Shown here one piece after another: positions 63,290-64,000 of a stretch of 64,000 bases of DNA (its first letter is position 1; each line of letters opens with the position of its first letter). The DNA is taken from positions 7,316,001 to 7,380,000 of the forward strand of contig CM119373.1 in the NCBI GenBank assembly GCA_051294905.1. The letters run 5' to 3'. This DNA is from Botryllus schlosseri (lineage: Eukaryota). The translations under genes and the position numbers were made by a program. Below the pieces are notes generated by a model. The model worked only from the letters and a program-made list of their open reading frames with translations. It searched no databases and had not been told where the DNA came from.

Positions 63290-63929
63290 AAAATCTTTGT
63301 TCCAATAACTCGATCACCACATGACCCACTCACTAATCACATTTTTCTTCTAAATTTTCAAGACCTGTTCCATCAACTTCAATTTTGCTGCCAACCGGTA
63401 GCTCTTCCTATCTCGACTTCTTCAGCTTTCTCCTCAATATATCATTACGTGCCTTTGCCGTATTGAAAACTTTTTGGAGCTTTACAGGTGAATTTGGTTT
63501 ACTGTATGGATGATCATGTTGAATTATTTCTTCAGCTGACGGAGTTCTTAGTGGTTTACATGATATAAGCCTCATTTGGACCCTCTTTTGTGTACGTACA
63601 GGCAGAACCCTGGGGATGTTGACAAATTATTATAAAGCAGACAATTTACATCATTGTGAGTAAATGCGGAACATGATTACCGTTTTCAAATAAGCAGGAA
63701 ATTTCGTGAACTTTGTTGGCACACCATTTGCCATTAATTTACATTTGGATTGACTTTTGTCGATGTATTTCTCCAATGAATGATCGAAGCAGATCATTGA
63801 ATATTTTAACGGCTTCCAACTTACCATTGTTTGCGTTGATACTTGTGCCTAAAAATTTTTAGTACCGGCAGCCACAACTTTGCTACCCGCGGCGTTACGC
63901 ACGAGCACTATAATGACAATCCTAGGCAT
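63290..63929 (-). pseudogene. THAP9/P-element transposase N-terminal relic
   Basis: MICFDHSL...LMANGVPTKFTKFPAYL (THAP end), then HDHPY and a coiled-coil (ILRRKLKK), with stops and frameshifts. Confidence 0.6.
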
Positions 63930-64000
63930 GTTTCGTAATGTGCTATGACCAGTGACAACAAACAAGCGTAGATGAGAGAATACGATATCTGCTACCTCCA

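Overview
AT-rich metazoan (probably marine invertebrate) genomic DNA made up mostly of layered transposable elements. Host-gene content that I could find is small: two intact minus-strand exons of a CYP3-clan cytochrome P450 (8331-8383 and 5936-6032), whose phases and sizes correspond to CYP3A exons 3 and 4, and an IAP-like terminal RING exon (61412-61595, +). About ten non-autonomous hAT-type elements have exact 8-bp target-site duplications (TSDs). A minus-strand Gypsy (Mag-like) LTR element (39188-49878) has a hAT element in gag, that hAT element contains a near-intact I-group LINE, and a 617-bp foldback element sits in the 3' LTR. Degenerate pogo, Merlin, Harbinger, ISL2EU-type, YqaJ and THAP relics are also present. 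Two features stand out. (i) A P-like element (52281-57117; about 230-bp TIRs, 7-bp TSD) has no recognisable transposase core but keeps an intact two-exon gene of about 323 aa (C2H2 finger plus a P-transposase-C-terminus-like region). (ii) A Penelope-like retroelement relic appears to carry an OTU deubiquitinase domain (about 33240-38760). All calls come from manual reading and motif recognition. No database searches were run, and relic boundaries are approximate.
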